DNA from: Planctomycetota bacterium | GTDB lineage: Bacteria > Planctomycetota > UBA8108 > UBA1146 | Assembly (NCBI GenBank): GCA_036125855.1 | Contig: JAYZTT010000005.1 | Coordinates: 179,059 to 243,058, forward strand | Length of the DNA stretch: 64,000 nucleotides | Direction of reading: 5' to 3' | Shown: piece by piece, positions 40,140 through 49,047 of the stretch | How the letters are laid out: every line of letters begins with the position of its first letter | Numbering within the stretch: the first letter of the stretch is position 1 | Position numbers and translations under genes: made by a program | Notes under the pieces: model-generated | Told to the model about the DNA's origin: nothing | Databases searched by the model: none | Seen by the model: only the letters and a program-made list of their open reading frames with translations

Positions 40140-40555
40140 CCAGGCTTCCGTCCCGGCTCCCGGGAACCGGGCATACCCGGGGTATGCCACGTCTGCAAGA
40201 GATCAAACCTTGGCAGGTCATGATCTCCTGGAGATTCGGTTCCACTGGACCAGGCCTGGGCCCTCATTTGAGGCACCGGACCCGGTTCGTGATCGGATCT
40301 GATCGTCAACGGAACGGTCGGGGCGAAGCGGCATCTCCGAGCCAGTCTTTTCGAGACTGGATCTTGATCGTACGGATCTGGTCGGAGGGTCGGTACGATG
40401 CCTGCACTCCCGCTGGCTCGCGCCGGCTTCCATCCATCTCCATTGCGATCGATGAGACGAATGGCGGAAGGCCAATAGCCTGCCGTCCTCGACACGGGGA
40501 GACGGACATGTGGACTGCGACGATCGCCGTCCTGAGACAAAAGTTAACGGGTAGG

Positions 40556-40587
40556 GTCGTGGAATTCACGACGTGTTCTTGTTCTTG
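40556..40587 (+). promoter_or_regulatory. Hairpin GTCGTG-gaatt-CACGAC followed by a U-rich tract just upstream of the nusA RBS; candidate attenuator/terminator
   Basis: Perfect 6 bp stem, then GUGUUCUUGUUCUUG. Ends about 35 nt before AGAAGGAGTAGAAG-TTG (nusA start). Confidence 0.3.
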
Positions 40588-40634
40588 AGAGAAAACCGAA
40601 CGCGAACAACGAGAACACCTAGAAGGAGTAGAAG

Positions 40635-41966
40635 TTGAGTGAGGAGATCCTGCGCTTTGTCGATACCATTCATCGTGATCGGCAGGTCAGCAAAGAGGTG
40701 ATCTTCACGGGCATCGAGATGGCTCTCATCTCTGCTGCCCAGAAGAGCTTCGATCAGGAAGAAGGAATCGAGGTCAATATCGACCGCGATTCTGGAACCA
40801 TCAGTGCCGTGAGAGACGGTGAGGAATTTGATCCAAGGGCTGCTCTCGGTCGCATCGCTGCGGGAGCTGGTAAACAGGTCCTGTTTCAAAAAATCCGCGA
40901 AGCCGAGCGTGAGGTGATCTACAAGGAGTACGCCGACAGAGTTGGTGAAATGTTCAACGGAACCGTCTCCAGCCGCAAAGGCGGAGGACTCGTCATCACC
41001 CTGGGGAGCCGTGCAGAAGGCTTCATGCCGAGGGGAGAACAGTCCCATCTCGAGGAGTGGAAAGAAGGAGACCGCATCAAGGTGGTTCTCAAAGAGGTGA
41101 ATCTTCAACCAACCCGCGTCCAGTTGCTCGTTTCCAGGGGAGCTCCCGACCTCGTTCGTCGTCTGTTCGAGCAGGAGATCCCGGAAGTTGCGGATTATGT
41201 GGTTGAGATCAAGGCGGTTGCCAGAGAAGCGGGGAACCGCTCCAAGATCGCCGTTTCCACTCTCGATTCGAACGTTGATTGTGTCGGAGCCTGTATCGGT
41301 GTGAAGGGATCCAGAATCCGCAATGTCACCGATGAACTCAACGGCGAGAAGATCGATGTCGTTCGCTGGAACGAATCGGTCGAGGTGCTTATTCCGGAGG
41401 CCCTCAAGCCTGCGGAAATCTCTTCTCTGGCGCTCGACTACGAAACGATGACCGCCAACGTGTACGTGACGGAGGATCAACAGTCTCTTGCCATCGGCCG
41501 TCGTGGTCAGAATGTCAGACTCGCCTCGAAACTTTCAGGTTGGGAACTGAACATCTGCCCCATCTCGGAAGAAGAGCTGGCGCTCTTGCGTACCCAGAAT
41601 GTCGAAGACAGGGCGGATGAAATGTTCGGTGAGCGCCTGGCGCAGGTTGCTGGTGCCGAGGATGGCGAAAGCACCTCGGTCAATCCGCTCGATCAATTGT
41701 TCGCCGGCGAAGAAGAGCCAACAGCTGATCAGATTGCTGAAGAATATGGTGACGGTGCCGTCGTCATGGGACTGGAAGATCTTCCTGGAGTTACTGAGGA
41801 GATTGCTGATCGACTGGTCGAGGCGCAGCTTGATAGCACCGAGGCTCTACTGGAAGCGGGTATCGAGGGGCTGGCCCAGATCGAAGGACTGGAACAAGAT
41901 TCGGCAAAGCTCATCATTGATAAGATTCAAGAGATCATGGAAAGCGTGGATTCCGAAGAGGAATAG
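40635..41966 (+). CDS. nusA: Transcription termination/antitermination factor NusA
   Basis: TTG start after an AGGAG RBS. N-terminal domain, S1, two KH domains and an acidic C-terminal HhH region. Confidence 0.95.
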   Translation: MSEEILRFVDTIHRDRQVSKEVIFTGIEMALISAAQKSFDQEEGIEVNIDRDSGTISAVRDGEEFDPRAALGRIAAGAGKQVLFQKIREAEREVIYKEYADRVGEMFNGTVSSRKGGGLVITLGSRAEGFMPRGEQSHLEEWKEGDRIKVVLKEVNLQPTRVQLLVSRGAPDLVRRLFEQEIPEVADYVVEIKAVAREAGNRSKIAVSTLDSNVDCVGACIGVKGSRIRNVTDELNGEKIDVVRWNESVEVLIPEALKPAEISSLALDYETMTANVYVTEDQQSLAIGRRGQNVRLASKLSGWELNICPISEEELALLRTQNVEDRADEMFGERLAQVAGAEDGESTSVNPLDQLFAGEEEPTADQIAEEYGDGAVVMGLEDLPGVTEEIADRLVEAQLDSTEALLEAGIEGLAQIEGLEQDSAKLIIDKIQEIMESVDSEEE

Positions 41967-42023
41967 GATCTACACCACTTCGGTGCAGACCGCCTCTTCC
42001 ACTGGTTTTCGGGAGGCTTTTAC

Positions 42024-44720
42024 TTGGGTGTGAGAATACACACATTGGCTAAGGAACTCGGTCTCAAGAGCCGAGAGCTCATGGATCTTCTCGCTGATCG
42101 AGGGATTCAGGTAAAAAATCACATGTCGTCAGTCGATGACGACATGGCAGCGCAATTACGAATCACCGCGATGCCCGACGAAGAACCGGAAGAGCCGGAA
42201 GTCGTCGAGGAACCCGAAGCTGTCGAAGAACCAGAAGCCAGCGTCGAACCGGAAGTGGTTGAAGAACCGGAAGTAGTTGAAGAACCGGAAGTAGTTGAAG
42301 AACCTGCTGTAGTTGAAGAATCGGCAGAGGTGGAAACCGAAGCCGCCGAAATCCCGGTTGAGGAACCACCGGTTGATCCTCCTGCCGACAGCGTCGATGA
42401 ACCAGCAGAAGAAGCCGAAGAAATTCCTGCACCCCCACCTGCTGGTCTCACTTCCGAAGATCGTGAAAAGATCTCACCGCCGAGAAAAAAGCCAACCAAA
42501 ATCGTCATGGCTCCCGGCTTCGGAAATACGCCCAAGATACCGACAGATACGGTAGTTCCGGTAGCCCGCCCGCTCCCTTCAGGAACCAAATCTCCCAAGA
42601 AGAAGGTCAGTGGACGGCCGCTCATCATCCGCTCGAAAGCTCCAGCACGGCCAGCGGCTCGCAGGACGCCAGAATCTCCGGCAAGGCGAGATCGAGCCCC
42701 TCAGAGAAGACCCGCCACTTCTCAACCCTCTTCGACTCCTCAGGGTGGCAAGAAGGTGATGGTCTTCCCCACCGATGCCCCGGGTGCGGGGGGTCCCCCC
42801 AGAAGGTCAGGCCCTCCCGGAAGAGGCGGACCAGGGGGCAAGGGACGAGGCGGCAGACAGGGTGGTCGGACCCGACGTCAAGAATCAGATTTCACCCGGA
42901 GGCGGTTGCAGCAGGATGTCATCCCGGAAGACCTTCCAGAGAATGTCACCCTCGAAGAGCCAGCCACCATCAAGGATCTCTCTCTGGCACTGGGCATCAA
43001 ACAGACCGCCTTGCTCAAGAAGCTGCTCAACCATGGCAAGCTGGCAAACGTAAACTCGCCATTGACCGAAGAGATCACTGATATCCTGTCGGTCGAGATC
43101 AATTGCGAGATTATTCTGCAGGAGCCACAAGCGCTTCAATCGTCTCTCGATGATCTGGACAAATTTGAAGATGCTGAAGAAGACCTGATCATGAGAGCTC
43201 CTGTGGTCACCTTGATGGGACACGTTGATCACGGCAAGACAACGCTACTCGACAAGATCCGGGAAAGCTCCATCACCAAGTCCGAGTCAGGTGGGATTAC
43301 TCAGCACATGAGTGCTTATCGAGTCGACAAGGGTGATGCCCATGTTGTTTTTGTCGATACACCAGGGCACCGTGCCTTCACGAGTATGCGCTCCCGCGGC
43401 GCGAACGTTACCGATGTGGTCGTGCTCGTCGTTGCCGCCGATGACGGCCCGATGCCACAGACGGAAGAAGCCATCGAACATGCTCGGGCAGCAGACGTCC
43501 CCATCGTAGTCGCCATCAACAAAATTGATCGTCCAGGAGCAAATCCGGAAAAGATCAAAGCCAGACTATCCGAACTCGATCTGGCTCCTGTCGAATGGGG
43601 CGGAAAAACCGAAATGCTTTCCGTTTCGGGAATCACTGGTGAAGGGATCAATGAACTCCTCGAACAGCTTTCCCTCGAATCGGAGATACTGGAGCTGAAG
43701 GCGAATCCGCAAAAAAATGCCATCGGAACGGTTCTCGACTCTCGTGCTTCTACCGGGGAAGGCAACGTGATCACCGCCCTGATTCAGGATGGAACCCTGC
43801 ATCCGGGCGACTCTGTCGTTTGCGGCCCGGCCTTCGGCAAGATCAGAACTCTGAGATCGACCAGCGGCAAGAAACTGGACAGTGCTCCTCCCTCCACCCC
43901 GGTGGAAATCACCGGTCTTAACGACCTCCCCGAGGCAGGGGATCGTCTCTACGCTCTCGATGACCTGGTTCAGGCCAAACAGATCGCAGAAGAACGTCAG
44001 GAAGCAAAAGCCAAGGCGGACCGGGCGGAGCGGCAAAAGGTCACCCTCGAGGGCCTTTTCGACACCATCGACCAGGCCAAAACTCAAGAAATCAACGTGG
44101 TGCTCAAAACCGATGTGAAGGGCACTCTCGATGTTTTGAAAAGCGAGTTGTCGAGCTTGCGTACCGACGAGGTCGCAGTTCGGGTGATTCGTGCTGGTGT
44201 TGGCGAAATCTCCGAATCGGATATTTTGCTGGCCGATGCATCCAAGGCCATCGTGATCGGATTCCACGTATCCGCTTCAGATCGCGCCCGGAGTGAAGCG
44301 GAATCCACCGGTGTAGAGATCCGCACCTATTCTGTGATCTATGAAGTCCTCGATGAGATGCGAAATGCGCTCGAGGGTATGCTGGCACCGGACGTGGCGG
44401 AAGAGGTACAGGGCTCTGTGGAAATCCTTCAGCTATTCAAGTCGTCAAAACTCGGAAACATTGCGGGCTGTATTGGACGCAACGGAATCGTTACGAGAAA
44501 TGACAAGGTACGTCTCGTCAGAGACGGCGTGGTCATTCACGAAGGCACCCTCTCCTCACTGAAGCGCGTCAAGGACGATGTCAAGGAAGTCCGAGAAGGC
44601 TTTGAGTGTGGAGTAGTGATTAAAGGTTACAACGACGTCAAGGTCGGAGACATTATCGAGAGCATCAAAATCATCAAGACCAGCCGCTCCTTCGATGAAG
44701 CGGAAAAATCTTCGGACTGA
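42024..44720 (+). CDS. infB: Translation initiation factor IF-2
   Basis: G-domain GHVDHGKTTLLD, DTPGH, NKID. Long acidic/Pro-rich N-terminal region with hexapeptide repeats. Confidence 0.95.
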   Translation: MGVRIHTLAKELGLKSRELMDLLADRGIQVKNHMSSVDDDMAAQLRITAMPDEEPEEPEVVEEPEAVEEPEASVEPEVVEEPEVVEEPEVVEEPAVVEESAEVETEAAEIPVEEPPVDPPADSVDEPAEEAEEIPAPPPAGLTSEDREKISPPRKKPTKIVMAPGFGNTPKIPTDTVVPVARPLPSGTKSPKKKVSGRPLIIRSKAPARPAARRTPESPARRDRAPQRRPATSQPSSTPQGGKKVMVFPTDAPGAGGPPRRSGPPGRGGPGGKGRGGRQGGRTRRQESDFTRRRLQQDVIPEDLPENVTLEEPATIKDLSLALGIKQTALLKKLLNHGKLANVNSPLTEEITDILSVEINCEIILQEPQALQSSLDDLDKFEDAEEDLIMRAPVVTLMGHVDHGKTTLLDKIRESSITKSESGGITQHMSAYRVDKGDAHVVFVDTPGHRAFTSMRSRGANVTDVVVLVVAADDGPMPQTEEAIEHARAADVPIVVAINKIDRPGANPEKIKARLSELDLAPVEWGGKTEMLSVSGITGEGINELLEQLSLESEILELKANPQKNAIGTVLDSRASTGEGNVITALIQDGTLHPGDSVVCGPAFGKIRTLRSTSGKKLDSAPPSTPVEITGLNDLPEAGDRLYALDDLVQAKQIAEERQEAKAKADRAERQKVTLEGLFDTIDQAKTQEINVVLKTDVKGTLDVLKSELSSLRTDEVAVRVIRAGVGEISESDILLADASKAIVIGFHVSASDRARSEAESTGVEIRTYSVIYEVLDEMRNALEGMLAPDVAEEVQGSVEILQLFKSSKLGNIAGCIGRNGIVTRNDKVRLVRDGVVIHEGTLSSLKRVKDDVKEVREGFECGVVIKGYNDVKVGDIIESIKIIKTSRSFDEAEKSSD
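42177..42335 (+). repeat. In-frame 18 nt tandem repeat array encoding (E-P-E-V-V-E)n in the infB N-terminal region
   Basis: About 8 consecutive gaagaaccggaagtagtt-like units. Confidence 0.8.
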
Positions 44721-44723
44721 CCC

Positions 44724-45164
44724 ATGAAACCAATTCGCCGCTCTCGCGTAGCTAGCCTGATTCGTGAAGAAATCTCCCGGATCCTGCGATTCGAGCTCAA
44801 AGATCCTCGCATCGGATTTGTCACAGTTCTCGCCATCGAACCCACCGTTGATCTCAAGGAATGCAAAGTATTTGTTTCCATCATGGGTAGTGAATCGGAA
44901 CAACGAACCTCGATGAGGGGTCTGGAAGCTGCCCGCGGCAAGATCCAGTCTCTTCTGACTTCCAGGGTAAAGCTCAGGGAAACTCCGATACTTCGGTTCA
45001 TTCTCGATGAGAGTATTCAGCGAACCCAGGAGATCGAGGAGAAAATCAGACTCGCCAGAGAAGAGGATGAACTGGCCGCACAGGAGCGTGAGTCGCGATC
45101 ATCTTCTGATCAGGGAGAAGCCCCACCGGAACAGAACGAGATCACGACCAGCGACGAGAACTAG
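44724..45164 (+). CDS. rbfA: Ribosome-binding factor A
   Basis: R(S)RVASLIREEISRIL...DPRIGFVTV KH-like motif. Immediately downstream of infB. Confidence 0.9.
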   Translation: MKPIRRSRVASLIREEISRILRFELKDPRIGFVTVLAIEPTVDLKECKVFVSIMGSESEQRTSMRGLEAARGKIQSLLTSRVKLRETPILRFILDESIQRTQEIEEKIRLAREEDELAAQERESRSSSDQGEAPPEQNEITTSDEN

Positions 45165-46690
45165 TGCTTCCCCTGCTGGTCCGGCCTGACCACAACAAGG
45201 CGATCGCGTCCACCCCTCTTCGCCCGGTACAGGGCCGCATCGGCCTCATCTAGCAGGCAGTCACCAGAGACACCGGGTCTCAGGGCAGTCACTCCGACAG
45301 ACAGGGACAATTGGGAGACGTTGCTGACCCTGCCCTGCAAGAACTGTTGACTCCGGAACTGATCGAGCAGTTCCCGACCCTTGATCTCCATATCCTTCAG
45401 ATTGGAACCGGGTAGCAACACGACGAATTCATCTCCTCCATAACGGCAAACGTGATCACTATCTCGGAAGAATCCTCTGAACAATCCCGAGACTTCTTGG
45501 AGTAGCTCATCGCCGACCAGGTGGCCCAGGACATCGTTGACCTTCTTGAAACCGTCCAGATCCGCAAAGAGAAGTCCCAGATCTCCCCCTTCGCGAACAG
45601 CCCGGCTCACTTCTTTTTCCAGTTGAGAACCGAGGTAAAGTCTGTTGGCGATTCCCGTCAGCGGATCGATGAGAGCCTGCTTCTCCAGTTGATCGTGTAA
45701 TCGCAGATTCTGTAATGTCAGGGACAAGATTTCCGCAATTGTGCCGAGTACCTCCTCATGCCATTCCATCAGCAGGGGAGCCTCTTGCAGTATCTTCAGC
45801 TCTCTGGGATCGATGCTGAGTTCCAGCAAACCACCAACAGTTCCCTCACCTGCATACAAGGGTAACTGCCTGCGTCCGGGGTCTTCAGCACTTTCAATTC
45901 TCTTGCCATGATTCGAGGGCTCACTGCACCAGGCAACTTTCTTGTTCCCGTCGCTGTAACTCCAGATAATTACATCCCGGTATCCCAGGCCTTCAGAGCA
46001 GAGCAAACTTCCAGCCCTCTGGAAAAAATCCACCTCATCGCGCACCCCGATCAACAGGGTCGACAGACGCGGAGCGGTGCGAATCTTTTCCGTCAGGTGG
46101 AAAATCCGGAGAGAAGTTCTCACCGCTTCACTTGCCCGTCTACGCTGCTGTTCCATCTCCCGTTCAAGTCCTACGCCATTTTCTTCAAGAAGACGGAGAC
46201 GGTAGACCCACCGTTCTTCTCCCCTGGGGCTGACTCTTCGCCCACCCATGACAGCCACCGGACGCCAATCTTCTCCCTGACGCACCTTCATCAGGATCGG
46301 TGTCGGATCGGACTCACCATCACCGCCCATCGACAGCAAGCGATGCTGATCTTCATCATGGAAGAAATTTGTTAATTCTTGATCCCTGATCTGTTCCGAT
46401 TGCTGACAGGACAACAAAGTTTGACATGCTCTGTTGATCGCAATCACCTTGCGTCGCGGCCCACGAGCCACGATCAGGGGATCTGGAAACAGATCGAGTA
46501 ATAGACGAGACTCCCCGGGATCTGGTGGCAACGGCCATTCACCAGGTCGCTTGGAGATCAGAGAGCGGGACATCCAGACCTTCTTCCCGAAACGGCACAG
46601 AAGACTGCTGCTCCTGTAGGTAAGAGTATCACGGAGCCGCAGAACGAACCCCTCCGGTGGCGGTCGGTTCGCTCGTCTGATACCGTTCAC
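45161..46690 (-). CDS. Diguanylate cyclase with N-terminal PAS/GAF sensor domains
   Basis: RYGGDEFVVLLPG active site with an upstream DLDGFKKVND inhibitory/Mg site. Start codon uncertain (possibly 46573). Confidence 0.85.
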   Translation of the reverse strand: MNGIRRANRPPPEGFVLRLRDTLTYRSSSLLCRFGKKVWMSRSLISKRPGEWPLPPDPGESRLLLDLFPDPLIVARGPRRKVIAINRACQTLLSCQQSEQIRDQELTNFFHDEDQHRLLSMGGDGESDPTPILMKVRQGEDWRPVAVMGGRRVSPRGEERWVYRLRLLEENGVGLEREMEQQRRRASEAVRTSLRIFHLTEKIRTAPRLSTLLIGVRDEVDFFQRAGSLLCSEGLGYRDVIIWSYSDGNKKVAWCSEPSNHGKRIESAEDPGRRQLPLYAGEGTVGGLLELSIDPRELKILQEAPLLMEWHEEVLGTIAEILSLTLQNLRLHDQLEKQALIDPLTGIANRLYLGSQLEKEVSRAVREGGDLGLLFADLDGFKKVNDVLGHLVGDELLQEVSGLFRGFFRDSDHVCRYGGDEFVVLLPGSNLKDMEIKGRELLDQFRSQQFLQGRVSNVSQLSLSVGVTALRPGVSGDCLLDEADAALYRAKRGGRDRLVVVRPDQQGKH

Positions 46691-46719
46691 AGCACGTTTT
46701 CGGGAAATCTGGAAGGAAT

Positions 46720-47556
46720 TTGGCCTTGTTAGAGGTTTTGAGGGAAGCGGTCCGAATTGTCGAATCGGGGCAGAAAGCGGCCCTGGCCACCATCATCTCC
46801 ACCACCGGTTCGACCCCTGGCAAGGACGGTGCAAAGATGCTCGTCAGGGCTGACGGCTCGACGGTCGGTACCGTGGGAGGTGGCTGCACCGAATCCGACA
46901 TCTGGCGAATTTCGATGGAAGTGATCGCCGATGGCCTCGCCAGGCGAGAAACTTTCCGTCTCACCGCCGCCACCGTGGCGGATACAGGGTTACTGTGTGG
47001 AGGAGAGTTCGAAGTGTACATAGAACCGGTCGGTACCCCCTCTGTGATCATTCTGGGTGGTGGGCATATCGCAAGTTCAATGGTTGACGTCCTGGCAACC
47101 CTGTCGTGGCGAGTGACTGTCATCGATGATCGAGCTGATTTTGCGAATCCTGCGCGGTTCCCGCTCGCCAGCGAAGTCCATTGCAAGCCCTTTGAGAGCT
47201 GTCTTGAAGGGATCAAAGTGACTGCCAACTCCTGCGTCGTGGTGGTCACCCGGGGACATGAGCATGATGAACTGGCGCTGTCACGTGCCCTTGAAACCGA
47301 TGCCGGGTATATCGGCCTGATCGGAAGCCGTGGAAAGATCGGTGCGATTCTCAAAAATTTGAAGAAGACCGGAATAAACCCGGAGAAACTGGAAAAAGTC
47401 AGGGCTCCCGTGGGAATCCCGATCGGTTCTCGGACTCCCGAGGAGATCGCGATCTCAATTGCAGCGGAATTGATCAGTCTCCATCGCGGGACGGGACCAG
47501 CAGGCCCAACCCATGCCAATTCCAGCGAGGATTTTGTTGCCAATAGCGTTGATTGA
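46720..47556 (+). CDS. XdhC/CoxI-family molybdenum-cofactor insertion chaperone (orphan; no xdhAB nearby)
   Basis: AALATIISTTGSTPGKDGAKMLV, Rossmann GGGHIA, PVGIPIGSRTPEEIAISIAAELI. Confidence 0.8.
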   Translation: MALLEVLREAVRIVESGQKAALATIISTTGSTPGKDGAKMLVRADGSTVGTVGGGCTESDIWRISMEVIADGLARRETFRLTAATVADTGLLCGGEFEVYIEPVGTPSVIILGGGHIASSMVDVLATLSWRVTVIDDRADFANPARFPLASEVHCKPFESCLEGIKVTANSCVVVVTRGHEHDELALSRALETDAGYIGLIGSRGKIGAILKNLKKTGINPEKLEKVRAPVGIPIGSRTPEEIAISIAAELISLHRGTGPAGPTHANSSEDFVANSVD

Positions 47557-47560
47557 GCGC

Positions 47561-47596
47561 GGACGCGTTGCTCCTCGCGTCCCTCGCAGATAGAAT
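47561..47596 (+). promoter_or_regulatory. Stem-loop GGACGCG-N8-CGCGTCC just after the xdhC stop, overlapping a TTGCTC-17-TAGAAT promoter-like element
   Basis: 7 bp GC stem with no clear U-tract. The -10-like TAGAAT lies about 125 nt upstream of the histone-like gene start. Confidence 0.25.
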
Positions 47597-47723
47597 CCCG
47601 CTTCCGGCGAGATGGGGTTCCCCATCGACCCTTTGACGAAATGAAACAGAGCATCCATAGCTACTGAAGCCCGCTCTCAGAATGTTAAATGGGCCTCTCC
47701 GGCCCTATCTGGAAGGGAACCAG

Positions 47724-48998
47724 ATGTCGGCGAAATCGACGTCGATCAGCAATAAATCAGGTTCGAGCAAGGATTCCGCCTCCAAGAACTCTCTCTCTCT
47801 CAATGAGATTGTCAAGAAGGCCTATCAGCAGCACAGCACACTTCAAGAAATTGACGACCTGGATGTCATGGAAACCGCCATCCTGGGAGCGCTGACTGCA
47901 TCGATGCCTCTTTCGGAAGTGCTCAATGCATGGGACATTTTCAGGACACAGTTCGTTGATTGGAATGAAGTCCGTATTTCTTCGGCTTCCGAAGTCGCAG
48001 CTGTCTTCCCGAAAGCAGAAGATCCCCTGCAACTCGCCATGCAACTCAAGGACATGCTGGCCACCATCTTCGAAAGACGACACCAACTGAGTCTTGAATT
48101 CATACGTGAAAATTCCATCTCTGAAACAAGAGAGTTCTTCAAGAGATCTCCGGCACTCCCCGACCTGGCCAAACAACTGGTCCTGGCTCACATCAAGGAA
48201 CAGCAGATCGTTCCCCTCGAATCATGGGCACAGGGTGGGCTCATTCGTGCAGGTCTCGTTTCCTCTTCCCATACATCCGTACAGCGACAACGGCAGTTAC
48301 ACGACCAGCTAGGAGACCTCCCCGTCGTCCATACAGTGCTGGCTCTTCATGAAGTGGCACGACTCCACCCCGATCCCGCCATCGAAGAAGCCGCTCGAAG
48401 AAAAGCGGCCAGGGAAAAAGAAGCCGCCCAAAAAGCTGCCAAGGCAGCCAAGGAAGCCGCTCGAAAGGCAGCCAAAGCAGCCCGCGAAGCCGCCCGCAAG
48501 GAGCAGGCGATGAAGAAGGCCGCAGAAAAGAAGGCCGCAGAAAAGAAGGCTGCAGAAAGGAAGGCCGCTGCCAGGAAGGCCGCCGCCAAGAAGGCCGCAG
48601 AAAGGAAGGCCGCTGCCAAGAAGGCCGCCGCCAAGAAGGCCGCCGCCAAGAAGGTCGCTGCCAAGAAAGCCGCTGCCAAGAAGGCCGCCGCCAAGAAGGT
48701 CGCCGCCAAGAAGGTCGCCGCCAAGAAGGTCGCCGCCAAGAAGGTCGCCGCCAAGAAGGCCGCCGCCAAGAAGGCCACCGCCAAGAAGAAGGCTGCCAAG
48801 AAGAAGACTGTAAAGAAGAAGGCTGCAACCAAGAAGACCGCAAAGAAGAAGACTGTAAAGAAGAAGGCCGCAAAGAAGAAGACCGCAAAGAAGAAGACTG
48901 CAAAGAAGAAGGCCGCAAAGAAGAAAACCGCAAAGAAGAAGGCCGCAAAGAAGAAAACCGCCAAAAAAACCAGGAAGAAGCAAAAGAAGCAGCGCTAA
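47724..48998 (+). CDS. Histone H1/Hc1-like protein: ~240 aa globular N-terminal domain fused to ~190 aa of (A/K/V/T)-K-K repeats
   Basis: Start at MSAKST (GGAAGGGA RBS). C-terminal [14 protein letters not shown]...KKKTAKKK low-complexity tail resembles eukaryotic H1 / chlamydial Hc1 tails. Confidence 0.7.
   Translation: MSAKSTSISNKSGSSKDSASKNSLSLNEIVKKAYQQHSTLQEIDDLDVMETAILGALTASMPLSEVLNAWDIFRTQFVDWNEVRISSASEVAAVFPKAEDPLQLAMQLKDMLATIFERRHQLSLEFIRENSISETREFFKRSPALPDLAKQLVLAHIKEQQIVPLESWAQGGLIRAGLVSSSHTSVQRQRQLHDQLGDLPVVHTVLALHEVARLHPDPAIEEAARRKAAREKEAAQKAAKAAKEAARKAAKAAREAARKEQAMKKAAEKKAAEKKAAERKAAARKAAAKKAAERKAAAKKAAAKKAAAKKVAAKKAAAKKAAAKKVAAKKVAAKKVAAKKVAAKKAAAKKATAKKKAAKKKTVKKKAATKKTAKKKTVKKKAAKKKTAKKKTAKKKAAKKKTAKKKAAKKKTAKKTRKKQKKQR
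48390..48990 (+). repeat. Nucleotide tandem repeats (15-18 nt units, e.g. gccaagaaggtcgcc, aagaagaagaccgcaaag) encoding the AKK tail
   Basis: Direct perfect and near-perfect repeats. Long spurious antisense ORFs arise here. Confidence 0.85.
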
Positions 48999-49047
48999 AC
49001 TGGTCTTGAAGGCCGACCTCGTCGCTACAATGACCCGGGACTGAAAG

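Noticed and set aside
40184-40588. 134 aa plus-strand ORF (and overlapping minus-strand ORFs) in the nusA upstream region, considered as a possible divergent rimP
   Set aside because: The sequence is Trp/Arg/Cys-rich and non-protein-like. It has no RBS and lacks the RimP SSPGLDRP motif. The region is better explained as structured non-coding RNA.
40098-40634. Search for tRNA (metY-like), tmRNA, RNase P RNA, SRP RNA or 6S RNA in the nusA upstream region
   Set aside because: I found no T-loop GTTCRANYC consensus and no tmRNA 3' end. The RNase P P4 motifs (AGGGTGAAA..GGTAAGAGCGCACC) and the SRP domain IV motif are also absent. 6S RNA cannot be excluded by eye.
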